From the IMG/VR virus record IMGVR_UViG_3300033145_002224, positions 1 to 64,000 of that record: 64,000 nt of DNA; one strand, 5' to 3'. The translations under genes were made by a program, and so were the position numbers. Under the pieces are notes generated by a model, which saw only the letters and a list, made by a program, of their open reading frames with translations, was not told the DNA's origin and did no database searches. Source of the stretch: a virus. Numbering within the stretch: position 1 is the stretch's first letter; every line of letters begins with the position of its first letter. Of this stretch, positions 46,271 to 57,700 are shown one piece after another.

Positions 46271-48051
46271 TCTTTGTCTGGTCTGGATTCTTCCTCCTCA
46301 CTTGTTTCAGTATAAATTATCGCCACCCTGGCTATTTTACACAATGATTTAGAATAATCTCTAAATGATAATTTAAGATTACGACACCTGGGGGGGGTGT
46401 TTTTGTCATTATCAGTATTATGAACTTTCAAAATTGTACATCCTTTAATTGCGTCACCATTTAATTCATAATATTTTCCATTATCCAATGATATAAATGT
46501 TTTTATATTACTACCCCGCTCTGTCTCTATTATTATTTCAGTAGGATAACATATTTTTTCAAATTGTTTCGATAGTGTTATTTTACCAGTATCTATTCTA
46601 AATGGTATTTCTGTTTCATCTACAGTGTTATCATCTGTTGCCCCATTAAATAATTCAAATATTGGAAATTTTGTATTTGTACTTGTATATTCAAGTAAAT
46701 CCGGATCAGATGATTCTAAATAGGTCGCAAATTGACTAGCCTTTATACCGGTATGGATAAACCAATTTTCTTGACGCATATTATATTCTAAACATACATC
46801 AGATAATGTTTTATCTTCTGAGCCATCATCTTTATATAATGAAACATTACCAATTGCAAAAAACACACTTAATCCTCTTCTACCAGCAGCAGCATCCTCT
46901 AACCCAGATTTAGTAGCACCCTCAATATATTTTTGTACTTTAGCTGACATTAATTTTGGACTCTCACCTGTTGTAGCATAAATTCCAGTATAGTGTACAA
47001 ACCAAAGTGTTCCGAGTGCTTTTACCCAGCCAGTATCAGACACGCACCCTATTCCAAGATCATATGGCTTCAAATATGAATTATTCCAGGTAGAGATATT
47101 ATTATTATTAGCCATTATCATTACATCACCAATATTCGTAAATATTTTTAATCTATCATTATCCCCACCGGCTAATTTAAAAGTATCATATTGCTTTACG
47201 GTTGTTCCGCTGGCCGGATTATCTGCCCAACGAAATACCTTTGCCCCCGTATATGTATCGGCTACCCAAAGTTCGTCTGAACTATTTAATGGATTTGTTG
47301 TTGCTGCAACAGTTATATCATTTTCTGTTTTTGCTGAAATTGTTAATGTTTCTATTTTTGTACCACCTCTATATACATCAAGACTGTCAGTACTTCTAAT
47401 ATATTTAGTGTCTGTAACACTTAATGTGGTTACGGCTGCGTCATGGTCACCATCAACTAATGATATTAGCCCAACCGGGACAGATGACATCATAATTCCA
47501 TTTTTATAACGTGTAGAGCCAACAGTATAATCACCCAAGTACATTTTATCTTTAAAATAATTAATCTTATATGCCTTAGGGGAATTATAAAGATGTCCAG
47601 TTGTTGTGTCAGAGTCAACCACAACTTCACCGGCAGAATTAATATATCTATTATTATCGGTCCCATTAGTTATAAAGCAACAACTCTCTGCGATAACCGT
47701 ATCTGTTTGAGCTGCTGTTAACCCAGTTCCTTTATCAGTTAACGCTTGCCATTCACTACTTGTATCAAGTTGATGTATTGCTACTGTATCGCTTAATTTA
47801 GACACACGGTACATTCCCTTATTTGAACTAGAATTATTAAAATAGAATATACCATAATTAGCCTGCCAGGATTTGACATCACCCAACCTTACCGTTCCTG
47901 CTCTTTTTTCAATACTACCAATCGTTTTAGATCTAGCATTTTCACAATGTTTTAGTTCCTGTTTTTTTCCAATATTATCAGCGACAAGAGTATTAACCCC
48001 ATCAAAAAATCCTATCTCAAGGCGACGTATGTTCGATTTTTCTTTAGCCAT
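46267..48051 (-). CDS. Podovirus tail nozzle / stabilisation protein (P22 gp10 / T7 gp12-like)
   Basis: FFDGVN...CENAR....GSIEKRAG N-terminus, beta-propeller-like body, IGCVS; follows the adaptor gene. Confidence 0.65.
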   Translation of the reverse strand: MAKEKSNIRRLEIGFFDGVNTLVADNIGKKQELKHCENARSKTIGSIEKRAGTVRLGDVKSWQANYGIFYFNNSSSNKGMYRVSKLSDTVAIHQLDTSSEWQALTDKGTGLTAAQTDTVIAESCCFITNGTDNNRYINSAGEVVVDSDTTTGHLYNSPKAYKINYFKDKMYLGDYTVGSTRYKNGIMMSSVPVGLISLVDGDHDAAVTTLSVTDTKYIRSTDSLDVYRGGTKIETLTISAKTENDITVAATTNPLNSSDELWVADTYTGAKVFRWADNPASGTTVKQYDTFKLAGGDNDRLKIFTNIGDVMIMANNNNISTWNNSYLKPYDLGIGCVSDTGWVKALGTLWFVHYTGIYATTGESPKLMSAKVQKYIEGATKSGLEDAAAGRRGLSVFFAIGNVSLYKDDGSEDKTLSDVCLEYNMRQENWFIHTGIKASQFATYLESSDPDLLEYTSTNTKFPIFELFNGATDDNTVDETEIPFRIDTGKITLSKQFEKICYPTEIIIETERGSNIKTFISLDNGKYYELNGDAIKGCTILKVHNTDNDKNTPPRCRNLKLSFRDYSKSLCKIARVAIIYTETSEEEESRPDKE

Positions 48052-48054
48052 ATA

Positions 48055-49164
48055 TTATGCGTTTGCTTTTGGATCTATACTCCATGAATCCAAATTACTA
48101 TCTTGCTTTATTGAAGTAACCTTTAACCTTTTAATTCCTTCAAGAAAATTTTTATAGAATTGATCTGCGTTAGATCTACTTAATTTTGGTGCTGCTCGAT
48201 ACAACATAAAATCTATCAAACAATAGAAGTTATTATTTGGTAAATCAACATTATCATAATAACTTGTTAGGGTTGTTGTTTTTGTCCTATATCTTATACC
48301 ATAAATTGTAACCTCTGTTGGTGTCGGTGAAAAACCTATATATCCACTTTTAAGATAGTATTTAGTTGTATTACTAGTTACGTCATCATAAACAGAAACA
48401 TTTTTAACATCAATTTTACTAACCGGCATATCTATACCATTATTATAAATTGATATGAGTTGACTAAAATTAGCCGGTAAGGCGTATTCCTTTGTACCGT
48501 CCGAAGTTGTTATTTCTTCTTCATCGTCAATTGTATATGATGTATTTACTAAATTTAGTTCATTTTGAGCAATGCTATAAGCCTCATTAAGGTAAGTGAA
48601 AGCTTCAGCGTTTGTAATCAATTTCTTTTCCTTATTATTTAATAATGAGAAGAATGTATCTAATATCTTTTTAACGGAATTTTCACCAAATCCAGCATAT
48701 GGAATTGCGTTTGATGCTTGTGTGGCCTTATTTGTAGTAGAATTATAAAACACAAACCACCCAAATCCCGTAGTATTAGTAGTATCATATCCCTTACTAT
48801 GTGTACTATCAGCCTGTATATCAACATAAGCGGTTACCGGATCTGTTGCTGAAAATGTAGCAGTATCAGTATGAAAAAATCGTACTTGATTATATCTTAT
48901 AATTGATACTTTTGTACTCTCACTGTGTGAAAACTTAGTATTTGCAGCAAGCGCGAGTGTATGTGTTGCTGCTGTCACGGTCGTAACTTTTACTATTTCT
49001 GTGGTTTCTGAGCCGAATTCACCTAATAATATATAATCATCATCTGCAAAACCCTCACTATTTGTGATGATAATAGAATCGATTCCTGAGCTATAATTCG
49101 TACTTAAATACGAATATTTTGCGTTTGTAGACAAAACCCTGTTGTCTGCGCGGAGTGTAATCAT
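48055..49164 (-). CDS. Head-tail adaptor (T7 gp11 / P22 gp4-like) with extra N-terminal domain
   Basis: YLNEAY...GTKEYALPANF...FSPTP...LIDFMLYRA pattern. Confidence 0.6.
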   Translation of the reverse strand: MITLRADNRVLSTNAKYSYLSTNYSSGIDSIIITNSEGFADDDYILLGEFGSETTEIVKVTTVTAATHTLALAANTKFSHSESTKVSIIRYNQVRFFHTDTATFSATDPVTAYVDIQADSTHSKGYDTTNTTGFGWFVFYNSTTNKATQASNAIPYAGFGENSVKKILDTFFSLLNNKEKKLITNAEAFTYLNEAYSIAQNELNLVNTSYTIDDEEEITTSDGTKEYALPANFSQLISIYNNGIDMPVSKIDVKNVSVYDDVTSNTTKYYLKSGYIGFSPTPTEVTIYGIRYRTKTTTLTSYYDNVDLPNNNFYCLIDFMLYRAAPKLSRSNADQFYKNFLEGIKRLKVTSIKQDSNLDSWSIDPKANA

Positions 49165-49186
49165 AAAATTTGCTATTATTACTTAT

Positions 49187-49205
49187 ATTATACCATAAGT
49201 ACCCT
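49187..49205 (-). promoter_or_regulatory. Class-2 promoter for the tail operon
   Basis: AGGGTACTTATGGTATAAT; core identical to the 58840 copy. Confidence 0.7.
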
Positions 49206-51709
49206 TTATCTTTCTCCAAGAACGTCTAAAACGTTAATATTACCCATAATATTAAAATTATAGTACTCCATTAAAAGAGTTGAGGTACTTGAACTTGTAG
49301 AACTAGAGGTACTAGATGTTGTGCTGGAGCTAGTACTTGAGCTAGTAGAACTAGACGTAGAACTAGAAGTAGAGCTAGAGGTACTGGATGTTGTGCTGGA
49401 GCTAGTGCTTGAACTTGTGCTGGATGTTGTGCTAGAACTTGTGCTGGATGTTGTGCTAGAACTGGTTGAACTAGACGTAGAACTAGAAGTAGAGCTAGAG
49501 GTGCTAGATGTTGTGCTGGAGCTAGTGCTTGAACTTGTACTGGATGTTGTGCTAGAACTTGTGCTAGAACTTGTGCTGGAACTTGTACTAGATGTTGTAC
49601 TAGAACTTGTGCTGGATGTTGTACTAGAACTTGTGCTGGAACTGGTTGAACTAATAGAACTAGAAGTAGAGCTAGAAGTAGAGCTAGAAGTAGAGCTAGA
49701 AGTACTAGAAATTGAACTAGAGGTAGAGCTAGAGGTACTAGAACTTGTTGAGCTTGTGGTGGAGCTAGAAGTACTAGAACTTGTAGAGCTAGAAGTAGAA
49801 CTAGATGTAGAGCTAGAAGTACTAGAACTTGTAAAACTAATAGAACTAGATGTAGAGCTAGAAGTACTAGAACTTGTAGAGCTAGAGGTAGAGCTAGAGG
49901 TAGAGCTAGAGGTAGAGCTCAATGAGCTAGAGGTAGAGGAACTAGTACTAGAACTTGTAGAGCTAGAGGTAGAGCTAGAGGTAGAGCTAGAGGTAGAGCT
50001 AGAGGTAGAGCTAGAGGTAGAGCTAGAGGTAGAGCTAGAGGTAGAGCTAGAGGTAGAGCTAGAGGTAGAGTAGAGGTAGAGCTAGAGGTAGAGCTAGAGG
50101 TAGAGCTAGAGGTAGAGCTCAATGAGCTAGAGGTAGAGGAACTAGTACTAGAACTTGTAGAGCTAGAGGTAGAGCTAGAGGTAGAGGAACTAGTACTAGA
50201 ACTTGTAGAACTAGAGGTAGAGCTAGAGGTAGAGCTAGAGGTAGAGCTAGAGGTAGAGCTAGAGGTGCTTGAGCTTGTTGAACTCGTTGTAGAGCTAGAG
50301 GTGCTTGAACTTGTAGAGCTAGAGGTAGAGGATATTGAACTTGATGTCGATGAACTTGTTGAGCTAGACGTACTAGAAGAAGTCGTTGTCGTGCCGCCCT
50401 CCGAATAAGTTACTTCAAGCTTAGGTCTTCTAATTGGATCTTCAGAAGTATCATCTGAAAAATAACAACCATTTTTATAACTAGTACTTGTGCCCGGTGC
50501 AGTATTACCAGCATCATAGGTTTGTTCCAGAACTCCAAACCAAGAGTTAGCATCTGGATTAATATTATCAAAAGAATCAAAATTAATTACATTATATTGA
50601 CCAGTTGACCAAGAAGCAATATCTCCTAGATTGGTACCACCTGGAATAGCTTGAGAATCAAAATCAGTAGTGTCTAAGGATTCTATGAGCGAACCAGCTT
50701 TTTGAATTTCAACACCCGCGCCACTATTTGTAACACCATACAAATTAAGAGACGCTGAAATAATATTAACATCTGTTGCTAAATCGGTTGTATCAAAAGT
50801 AAAAAATGAACGCCAAATACTATACCGACCCTTACTGTCGGTTTCTGCACCTATTGCTTCCGCTTCACTAATATCATTACCATCAAAATAATCTGCATCA
50901 CTATCATCTCTACAATTACTCCAACCAGTAGTATCAAGATTATAAACTACACCATCAGTTGTTTCTGAATAATAAGTATTTGTATCAATCAAAATTGGAT
51001 ATTGAGCTAAAATTAAATCATCCCTACCCTCTTTTGTCGGAATCTTGGTATAAAATAAATTTCCATCAATTTCTTCTAATGTATGTTCTATCGTTTTACA
51101 TTTTTTATTATTACTATCTTTAAAATATGGATTATTAATCCAAAATTTTATTTCTTCTTTTTCGTCAACAAATACAAATCGACCTCTTTCATTTGGAATA
51201 TACTTATTTCCTTCTTTTTCATTTGAACAATGTAATCCTTTTAGGTATATTTGTTCTACTATTTTAAAATTTTCAATTAAATTAGTTACTTTAACAAAGT
51301 TTGTTAAACTAACAGCACTTACCCTGCTAATAAGTTCAATACCAGAATCTAATTGGTGCTTAATTTCTGTTTTTGATTCTTTTTGTAGAAAACTGACCTC
51401 ATCATTTGTAATATATTCTACACTATCTAATTTTATTTCCTTAATTGACCCCTCAAATTGATGTTCATAATCATATCGTAAACCAAAATATTTTTCTAAC
51501 TTTAAGTCTCGTCTAAATCCAGCACTAACTTTATTTTTATCAGAAATCCAATTACCATTACCATCATCTAAAAATTCTAAATCTATATTTTCCCATTTAC
51601 CATCTTTATCATAATGTACGGGTGCACAACCACAAACAAGTTTACTCACACCATTACCGAGGTCAAAGGTTTTGTTTCGTTCACTTCTGCTTGATATTAT
51701 CTCAATCAT
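49206..51709 (-). CDS. Mucin-like Ser/Thr-repeat protein (WapA/RHS-like N-domain + DNRLRE/CBM96-like domain), frameshifted at 50070/50071
   Basis: RSERNKTF...PVHY...WENIDL; RSFFTFD...IISASLNLY...RPKLEVTY; (TSSS)n; one C missing from a 12-bp repeat unit. Confidence 0.75.
49279..50395. repeat. 12/15-bp Ser/Thr-coding tandem repeat tract
   Basis: (AGCTAGAGGTAG)n and synonymous variants. Confidence 0.95.
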
Positions 51710-51713
51710 TCGT

Positions 51714-52385
51714 TTATATAATGTTACTGTTAATTATGTTCCAATCAAATCTTTTACTAATATTTTCAATGAATAAATCTATAAATGTTTCTCTACTAGT
51801 GATGCCAACTTCATCTAATCCAATAATAACATCAGAAATATCTTTAATATCACCTTTTTTAAGCATCTTTTCAGTATCTAATCTATAAACATCTCTTGCT
51901 AAATTATAATCAATTTTAAATGACACTGGTAAAGCATAGTAATCCCAACCATTTAACTCACAATGAAAAAACCCACAAAATTTTTTTAATTTATTATCGA
52001 TCTTAATAAGTAAATCATTGTTTTTATAAATAATATTATATTTTTGTAATTTTAATGTTCTAATAACATTAGCTATAAGGGCTTTTTCAACTATTTTTAC
52101 TGGTAACACCCCCCTTGGAATATGCAAATCAATCTTTGCGGTATCTTTAAAGTAGCAAATTACTCCCGCCTCGGTGTGTTCGGGCACGGGAACCCTTATT
52201 ACTTTAACGTTAGATGGTATCTTATCTATATATAAATACTTCTCTGGTTTATAATTACCAGTTAACATCAAGAACGTTGATTCTGGAAATCCACAAACAA
52301 ATGTTGGTAAATTAAATTTAATATTATGGTCATCTGCGAATGACTTCGGTTCTATTTTATTATTTTTTATATATTGAATTTCCAT
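51714..52385 (-). CDS. Lipoate/biotin-protein ligase (LplA/BirA)-like catalytic domain protein
   Basis: KNNDLLI...KKFCG resembles the ND...KKxxG motif of BPL/LplA enzymes; the RxxGGG motif is degenerate. Confidence 0.5.
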   Translation of the reverse strand: MEIQYIKNNKIEPKSFADDHNIKFNLPTFVCGFPESTFLMLTGNYKPEKYLYIDKIPSNVKVIRVPVPEHTEAGVICYFKDTAKIDLHIPRGVLPVKIVEKALIANVIRTLKLQKYNIIYKNNDLLIKIDNKLKKFCGFFHCELNGWDYYALPVSFKIDYNLARDVYRLDTEKMLKKGDIKDISDVIIGLDEVGITSRETFIDLFIENISKRFDWNIINSNII

Positions 52386-53259
52386 CTTTTTTAAAAATTA
52401 AATAACTACTAAATAAAATTAATCCCATTCCAATCCCCTGAGTTAAATTAATAACTTGATTTAATATAAGAAATGATAATATCACGCCTAGAATAGGTTT
52501 TATATATGCTATAATTCCCACAGTAGATGGTATAAGTTTTTTCACACCATTATAAAACAACATAAATGCTATAAAAGTACAAACAATCCCCATATAAATA
52601 AGATTAGGGAGTGTGGTGGCATTAATTTGACTTAATGTTGTAGCGGGATTCTGTAAAAGCATTGTGCCAAAAAGTACAAATAAAAAAGTATAAAATAAAA
52701 TTGTAAAAGGATTATATTTCTTAAATAAACTTTTTCCTATCATTGTATAAATAGCCCAACACATTGCTGCTATAAACATCAGGCCAACTCCCATAAAATT
52801 TATTCCCGCCAAGGCTAATTGAGGCAAAAAACCTATAATAAACAATGAACCAGTTAACCCAAGAATTAAACTTAAAATCTTTCTTTTGCTAAATGATTCT
52901 TTCCAAAAAATTGCTGAAAATACTACTATCCAAACAGGGAAAGTAAAATAAACGCTAATTGCTGTCGGTATATGATTTAACGTTTTTATTCCTTGCCAAA
53001 ATGCCAAAAGATGAATTAATAAAACAAATCCTAATAATAATAAAATACCTATATCTTGTTTCTGAACCTTTAACCAACTCTTTTTAAATATTATTATAGT
53101 CAAAAACATCAAAACACTAGCAATTAAATATCTAACACTTAAAAGTGTTATTGGACTTGCCCCTCCACGATATACAAATGTTCCGGCTATTTCTATTGTA
53201 GCCCAACATATTTGAGAACCAATAACACTTAAGGCACCTATTAAAAATTTATTTTTCAT
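52360..53259 (-). CDS. EamA/DMT-superfamily transporter
   Basis: 299 aa, ~10 TM in two repeats; SPITLLSVRY, FTFPVW...KE, YIKPILG. Confidence 0.92.
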   Translation of the reverse strand: MKNKFLIGALSVIGSQICWATIEIAGTFVYRGGASPITLLSVRYLIASVLMFLTIIIFKKSWLKVQKQDIGILLLLGFVLLIHLLAFWQGIKTLNHIPTAISVYFTFPVWIVVFSAIFWKESFSKRKILSLILGLTGSLFIIGFLPQLALAGINFMGVGLMFIAAMCWAIYTMIGKSLFKKYNPFTILFYTFLFVLFGTMLLQNPATTLSQINATTLPNLIYMGIVCTFIAFMLFYNGVKKLIPSTVGIIAYIKPILGVILSFLILNQVINLTQGIGMGLILFSSYLIFKKDGNSIYKK

Positions 53260-53287
53260 AATTTTAGTTATTAACTAATTATTTTTA

Positions 53288-53950
53288 TTATAATTCATCA
53301 TTAATAGAACCCCAACCATCAATATCTAAAGAATCACCAAGAACATCAAAATCTTCATATATATGTGAAATTGTTGATGTAGAACTAGAGGTACTAGAAC
53401 TTGTACTAGAAGTTGTTGAACTTGATGTACTAGAACTTGTAGAGCTAGAGGTAGAACTAGAAGTAGAACTAGAGGTACTAGAACTTGTACTGGAACTGGT
53501 AGAACTAGTAGTCGAACTAGAGGTCGAGCTAGAAGTACTAGAACTTGTACTTGAACTTGTTGAACTTGATGTACTAGAACTTGTAGAGCTAGAGGTAGAA
53601 CTAGAAGTAGAACTAGAGGTACTAGAACTTGTAGAACTAGTGGTCGAACTAGAAGTAGAGCTAGAAGTACTAGATGTTGTACTGGAACTAGTAGAGCTAG
53701 TAGTTGAACTAGAGGTGCTAGAACTAGTAGAACTAGTAGTTGAACTAGAGGTACTGGAACTAGTAGAGCTAGTAGTTGAACTACTAGTACTTGAACTTGT
53801 TGAACTAGTTGTAGAAGAACTAGTACTAGAGCTAGTTGTTGTTTCAAACGAAACACCCCAAAGATCTGTTTCCAAAATCAAACCATCTCCGTCATATCCT
53901 ACACCGGAATCATCATATAATATTCTATTATCATCGTATTGAAGCGCCAT
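53288..53950 (-). CDS. Short mucin-like Ser/Thr-repeat protein
   Basis: YDDxxxxYD N-terminus, ~155-residue S/T tract, acidic C-terminal tag. Confidence 0.8.
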   Translation of the reverse strand: MALQYDDNRILYDDSGVGYDGDGLILETDLWGVSFETTTSSSTSSSTTSSTSSSTSSSTTSSTSSSTSSSTTSSTSSSTSSSTTSSTSSSTTSSTSSSTSSSTTSSTSSSTSSSTSSSTSSSTSSSTSSSTSSSTSSSTSSSTSSSTTSSTSSSTSSSTSSSTSSSTSSSTSSSTSSSTTSSTSSSTSSSTSTISHIYEDFDVLGDSLDIDGWGSINDEL

Positions 53951-53954
53951 TTAA

Positions 53955-54746
53955 TTAGTTTTTATATTCCATAAATCCTTGATACAAACTTATAGTATTT
54001 CCAACATCTGCACTCGCCCATTGAGCCGTAATTATTACGTTCATATCAGCGGTTGTATTTATATCTGCTACAGCAATACTTCTGACTTCATCTCCAGTTG
54101 TATTTGGGTCACCAATTACCATGTGAATGTGCATTGCTCTCGCCCCAGAGGCTCCGATTGTTCTTTGAGTAGCGTTAGCGTTAATGTGCCAAGGCGTGTT
54201 AGCCGCTAATGTTTTTGTATCTGGACTTAATGTTACTTTTGTAACTCCGCCGACTTTTATTCTTATCGTTACCTCATCAGTATCCGTTGAACCTGTATTC
54301 GCCACAACGCCATCTGCATGAAATTTAAACAAATTTCCCGCGTCCAAACTGTTTGCCCCCATTTCACCTGTCCATAAAGTCGTTTCAATAATTGTATTTG
54401 CTACAGTAACAGTTGAAACTGCAACATCAGAAGTTCTATCTATTGCTCTTTGTTTTCCATTATTTGTTATATAAAATTTATCTCCACTATATTCTATTGT
54501 CCCCGACTCTGGATTTGTCAAAAGTGTTCCGGCATCAAACTTTAAAGGTGCTGTTCCCGCCGATGCTGTTCCCGCTGCTAAATGTAATCTAGCTGTTTGC
54601 GCTTCAGTACCAATACCAACATTATCACTAGAATTAACTGTGATTGTTTTTACTGTAGCACCTACGTCTACTGCTATAATTTTATGTAGGGTCGAATGAG
54701 ATGGGCTGTCTAGCGCATCTGCTGCCCCCGGCTGTTCTAATGCCAT
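53955..54746 (-). CDS. Tail fibre-like protein
   Basis: NVGIGTEAQTARLHL trimeric fibre repeat, GTASAGTAPLKF. Confidence 0.65.
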   Translation of the reverse strand: MALEQPGAADALDSPSHSTLHKIIAVDVGATVKTITVNSSDNVGIGTEAQTARLHLAAGTASAGTAPLKFDAGTLLTNPESGTIEYSGDKFYITNNGKQRAIDRTSDVAVSTVTVANTIIETTLWTGEMGANSLDAGNLFKFHADGVVANTGSTDTDEVTIRIKVGGVTKVTLSPDTKTLAANTPWHINANATQRTIGASGARAMHIHMVIGDPNTTGDEVRSIAVADINTTADMNVIITAQWASADVGNTISLYQGFMEYKN

Positions 54747-54776
54747 ATGTTTATTATTAATTTATTAACTTATTTA

Positions 54777-57700
54777 TTATGTATCTTCTTGATAAACTCT
54801 ACCTGCCACCCAATTACTACCATCATAATAATCAGACACATTTAATGTCTTTGTACCGGTTAGTGTAAATTCAGTATCTGCGGCAGTTGTACTATCATTA
54901 TCTAACGCTTCCCACGTTGTAGAATCAAAATTATATATTTGTAGATATACTGTTGATGCGCTTGGTGCTGTTGTGGATTTTCCCTTCCATATTAGTGTTG
55001 GTGCTTCTGTATTACTATCATGTTGATCTTTAAATAAAAATATTGCATTCTCACTTATAGCCGCCTGGGCTACATATACATCATTATCTGTTCTAACATT
55101 TATATAATCAGCACCACCGAATAAATTTTCTAGATCTGTTTCATCAGCTGGTAACGCAGCATAATTCCCCCTACTGTAATCTTCATCTGTTGGTAATGAC
55201 GTAGATGAACTAGTAGAACTAGACGTAGAGGAACTAGTAGAACTAAGTGTATACGTAGTTGAACTAGAAGTAGAAGAACTTGTTGAACTAAATGTATGTG
55301 TAGTCGAGCTAGAAGTACTAGATGTAGTAGAACTAGAAGTAGAAGATGTTGTACTGGAGCTAGTAGAACTTGATGTACTGGAGCTAGTAGAACTTGATGT
55401 ACTGGAGCTAGTAGAACTTGATGTACTAGAACTGGTAGAACTAGTTGTAGAGCTAGAGGTGCTAGATGTGGTAGAACTAGAGGTAGAGGATGTTGTACTA
55501 GAGCTAGTAGAACTTGAAGTAGAGCTAGAAGTAGAACTAGAGGTAGAGCTAGAGGTAGAGCTAGAAGTAGAACTAGAGGTAGAGCTAGAGGTAGAACTAG
55601 AAGTGCTAGAACTTGTAGAGCTAGAGGTAGAACTAGAAGTAGAACTAGAGGTGCTTGAACTTGTTGAACTCGTTGTAGAGCTACTAGTACTAGAGGTTGT
55701 AGAACTAGAGGTAGAGCTAGAGGTGCTTGAACTTGTTGAACTCGTTGTAGAGCTACTAGTACTAGAGGTTGTAGAACTAGAGGTAGAGCTAGAGGTGGAA
55801 GATGTAGTACTAGATGTTGTGCTTGAACTTGTAGAGCTAGAGGTAGAGGATGTTGTAGAGCTAGAGGTAGAGCTGGAGGTACTAGACGATGTTGTTGTAG
55901 GTGCTGCGTTATGATGAATTCTAACCTCTGCTATACTGGCATTACAATTTGTTCCAGACACTTTATCAAAATAAAATTTAACTTCTAGAGCTTGAATTTT
56001 AGCCCATGTCCATCCGCCAGATGGGACATTAAGTGTTCGCCAGGTACTATAAGACCATCCTAGACTTGTATGATTAATTGTACAAAGTAAATCTATTAAT
56101 CCATCTGTATAAAATTTTGCTATTAATGAATCATCATTATTGCTAATAGCACCAGCAACTCTAACTTCAACATAACCTATATTAGACGCATCATCTATGG
56201 CGCTTGTTCCGCCACCTAATAAATAATTACTTGTATCATTTCCACCAGTTGTGGTGGTTGCAGCATCTACTGTATCACTATTAAAAGCAAGGGCATCATC
56301 AGACCAGGCGCCGCCTGTGTCTGTTGGCCCATTATCTGAGGCATCAAAATAGTAATCTACGTATTCTAATGTAGTAATAGATGAAGTAGAACTAGAGGTA
56401 GAGCTAGAGGTGCTTGAGCTTGTTGAACTCGTTGTAGAGCTAGAGGTGCTCGAACTTGTACTTGAGCTTGTGCTTGAAGAAGTAGAACTAGAAGTAGTTG
56501 TAGTCGTACCACCAACAGCGTGAGTTATTTTTATATATGGCTCATTACCATCCCAAATATCTACTCTCAATACATTCGCTCCGGTCGGAGTCACACCACT
56601 TATGTCTCCACTTAACCTAAAACCGACGATAGTATTTCCTGTCTTATTAATACAATCAAAATCAGTCAAGGAAAGTCCGACATCTATATCTGCTCCAGCA
56701 GTGGTAAAGTCTGTCAAATCACGACTACCAATAGATGTGCTTTCATAATCATTAAAATCCTCATCTACCATTGGGCTTTCAATATTGATATTATCTGTAT
56801 GATTTAAAGCAACTAAATCATAACCATTAGTATTACCACCTGTCGCATAAAGTCTAAACCAACAAACCGCAGCAGAAACAATGTCCCCGTCTGGAATAAC
56901 GGCGGTATTATAATAAATTTCTCCACGTCTTACGTAATAAGTCGCATACTTAGAATAATGTAGAGCATTACCCGAAAACCCAGCTCCCCTTGTGGCCGTT
57001 GTTGCATCTCTCGCTAGGGCTAAGGTCGCTTTATTGTCTGATTGATGACAAGAACTATTAGTACTATCATAATCAAAATCAGTAATAGTATCTGCTTTTA
57101 CTGGATATTCTGCGTCTAACAAAAATTGTTTAGGTAATATTTTTACTTGCCATAAATTACTATTATATTTTTTCCAAAATATTTTTATTTTTTGTATACT
57201 GAGTTCGTCTTTATCATGAATATAAGCTGAGCGTATCCAAGATTTTTTATCACTTGCTTCTTCTATTTTAAATCCATTCTCACTTTCAAAATATTCATTT
57301 TTATTCCACTCTGTCAACGACACCTTATTTTTAATATTTAATTCTTTATCAGTATCAAATTTAAAAAGAACTGCTAACTGATGTTTCTCTGTTGGAGATT
57401 TACCTATTTTATCATAATTATCAATTATGATTTCTTTTTTAAACCCCTTACTTGAAAGTGTAATTTCAAAATGTATTCCATCACCAAAAGCATTTTCATA
57501 TCTTATTGCATTACCAATTAACTTGCCTTTAACCGCAAATTGATTACGAAATACTTGCATATCAGAAAAGTCTTCTTTATTCACCCAAGCCAACATTTTT
57601 GGCTCATAATAAATTTTATGGTTAGAACCTCGGTAAACATTATCAAATCTTATCAATTGTTTAGCATTGAAATCTTTTTGAATAAAAAGTTTATAAGAAG

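Noticed and set aside
49321-55914. + strand (ELV)n ORFs at 49321, 53640 and 55459, and the L/V-rich minus ORF at 53326
   Set aside because: Antisense or alternate-frame shadows of the Ser/Thr repeats
49279-56510. Tandem repeats as a CRISPR array
   Set aside because: 12/15-bp coding units with no unique spacers and no cas genes
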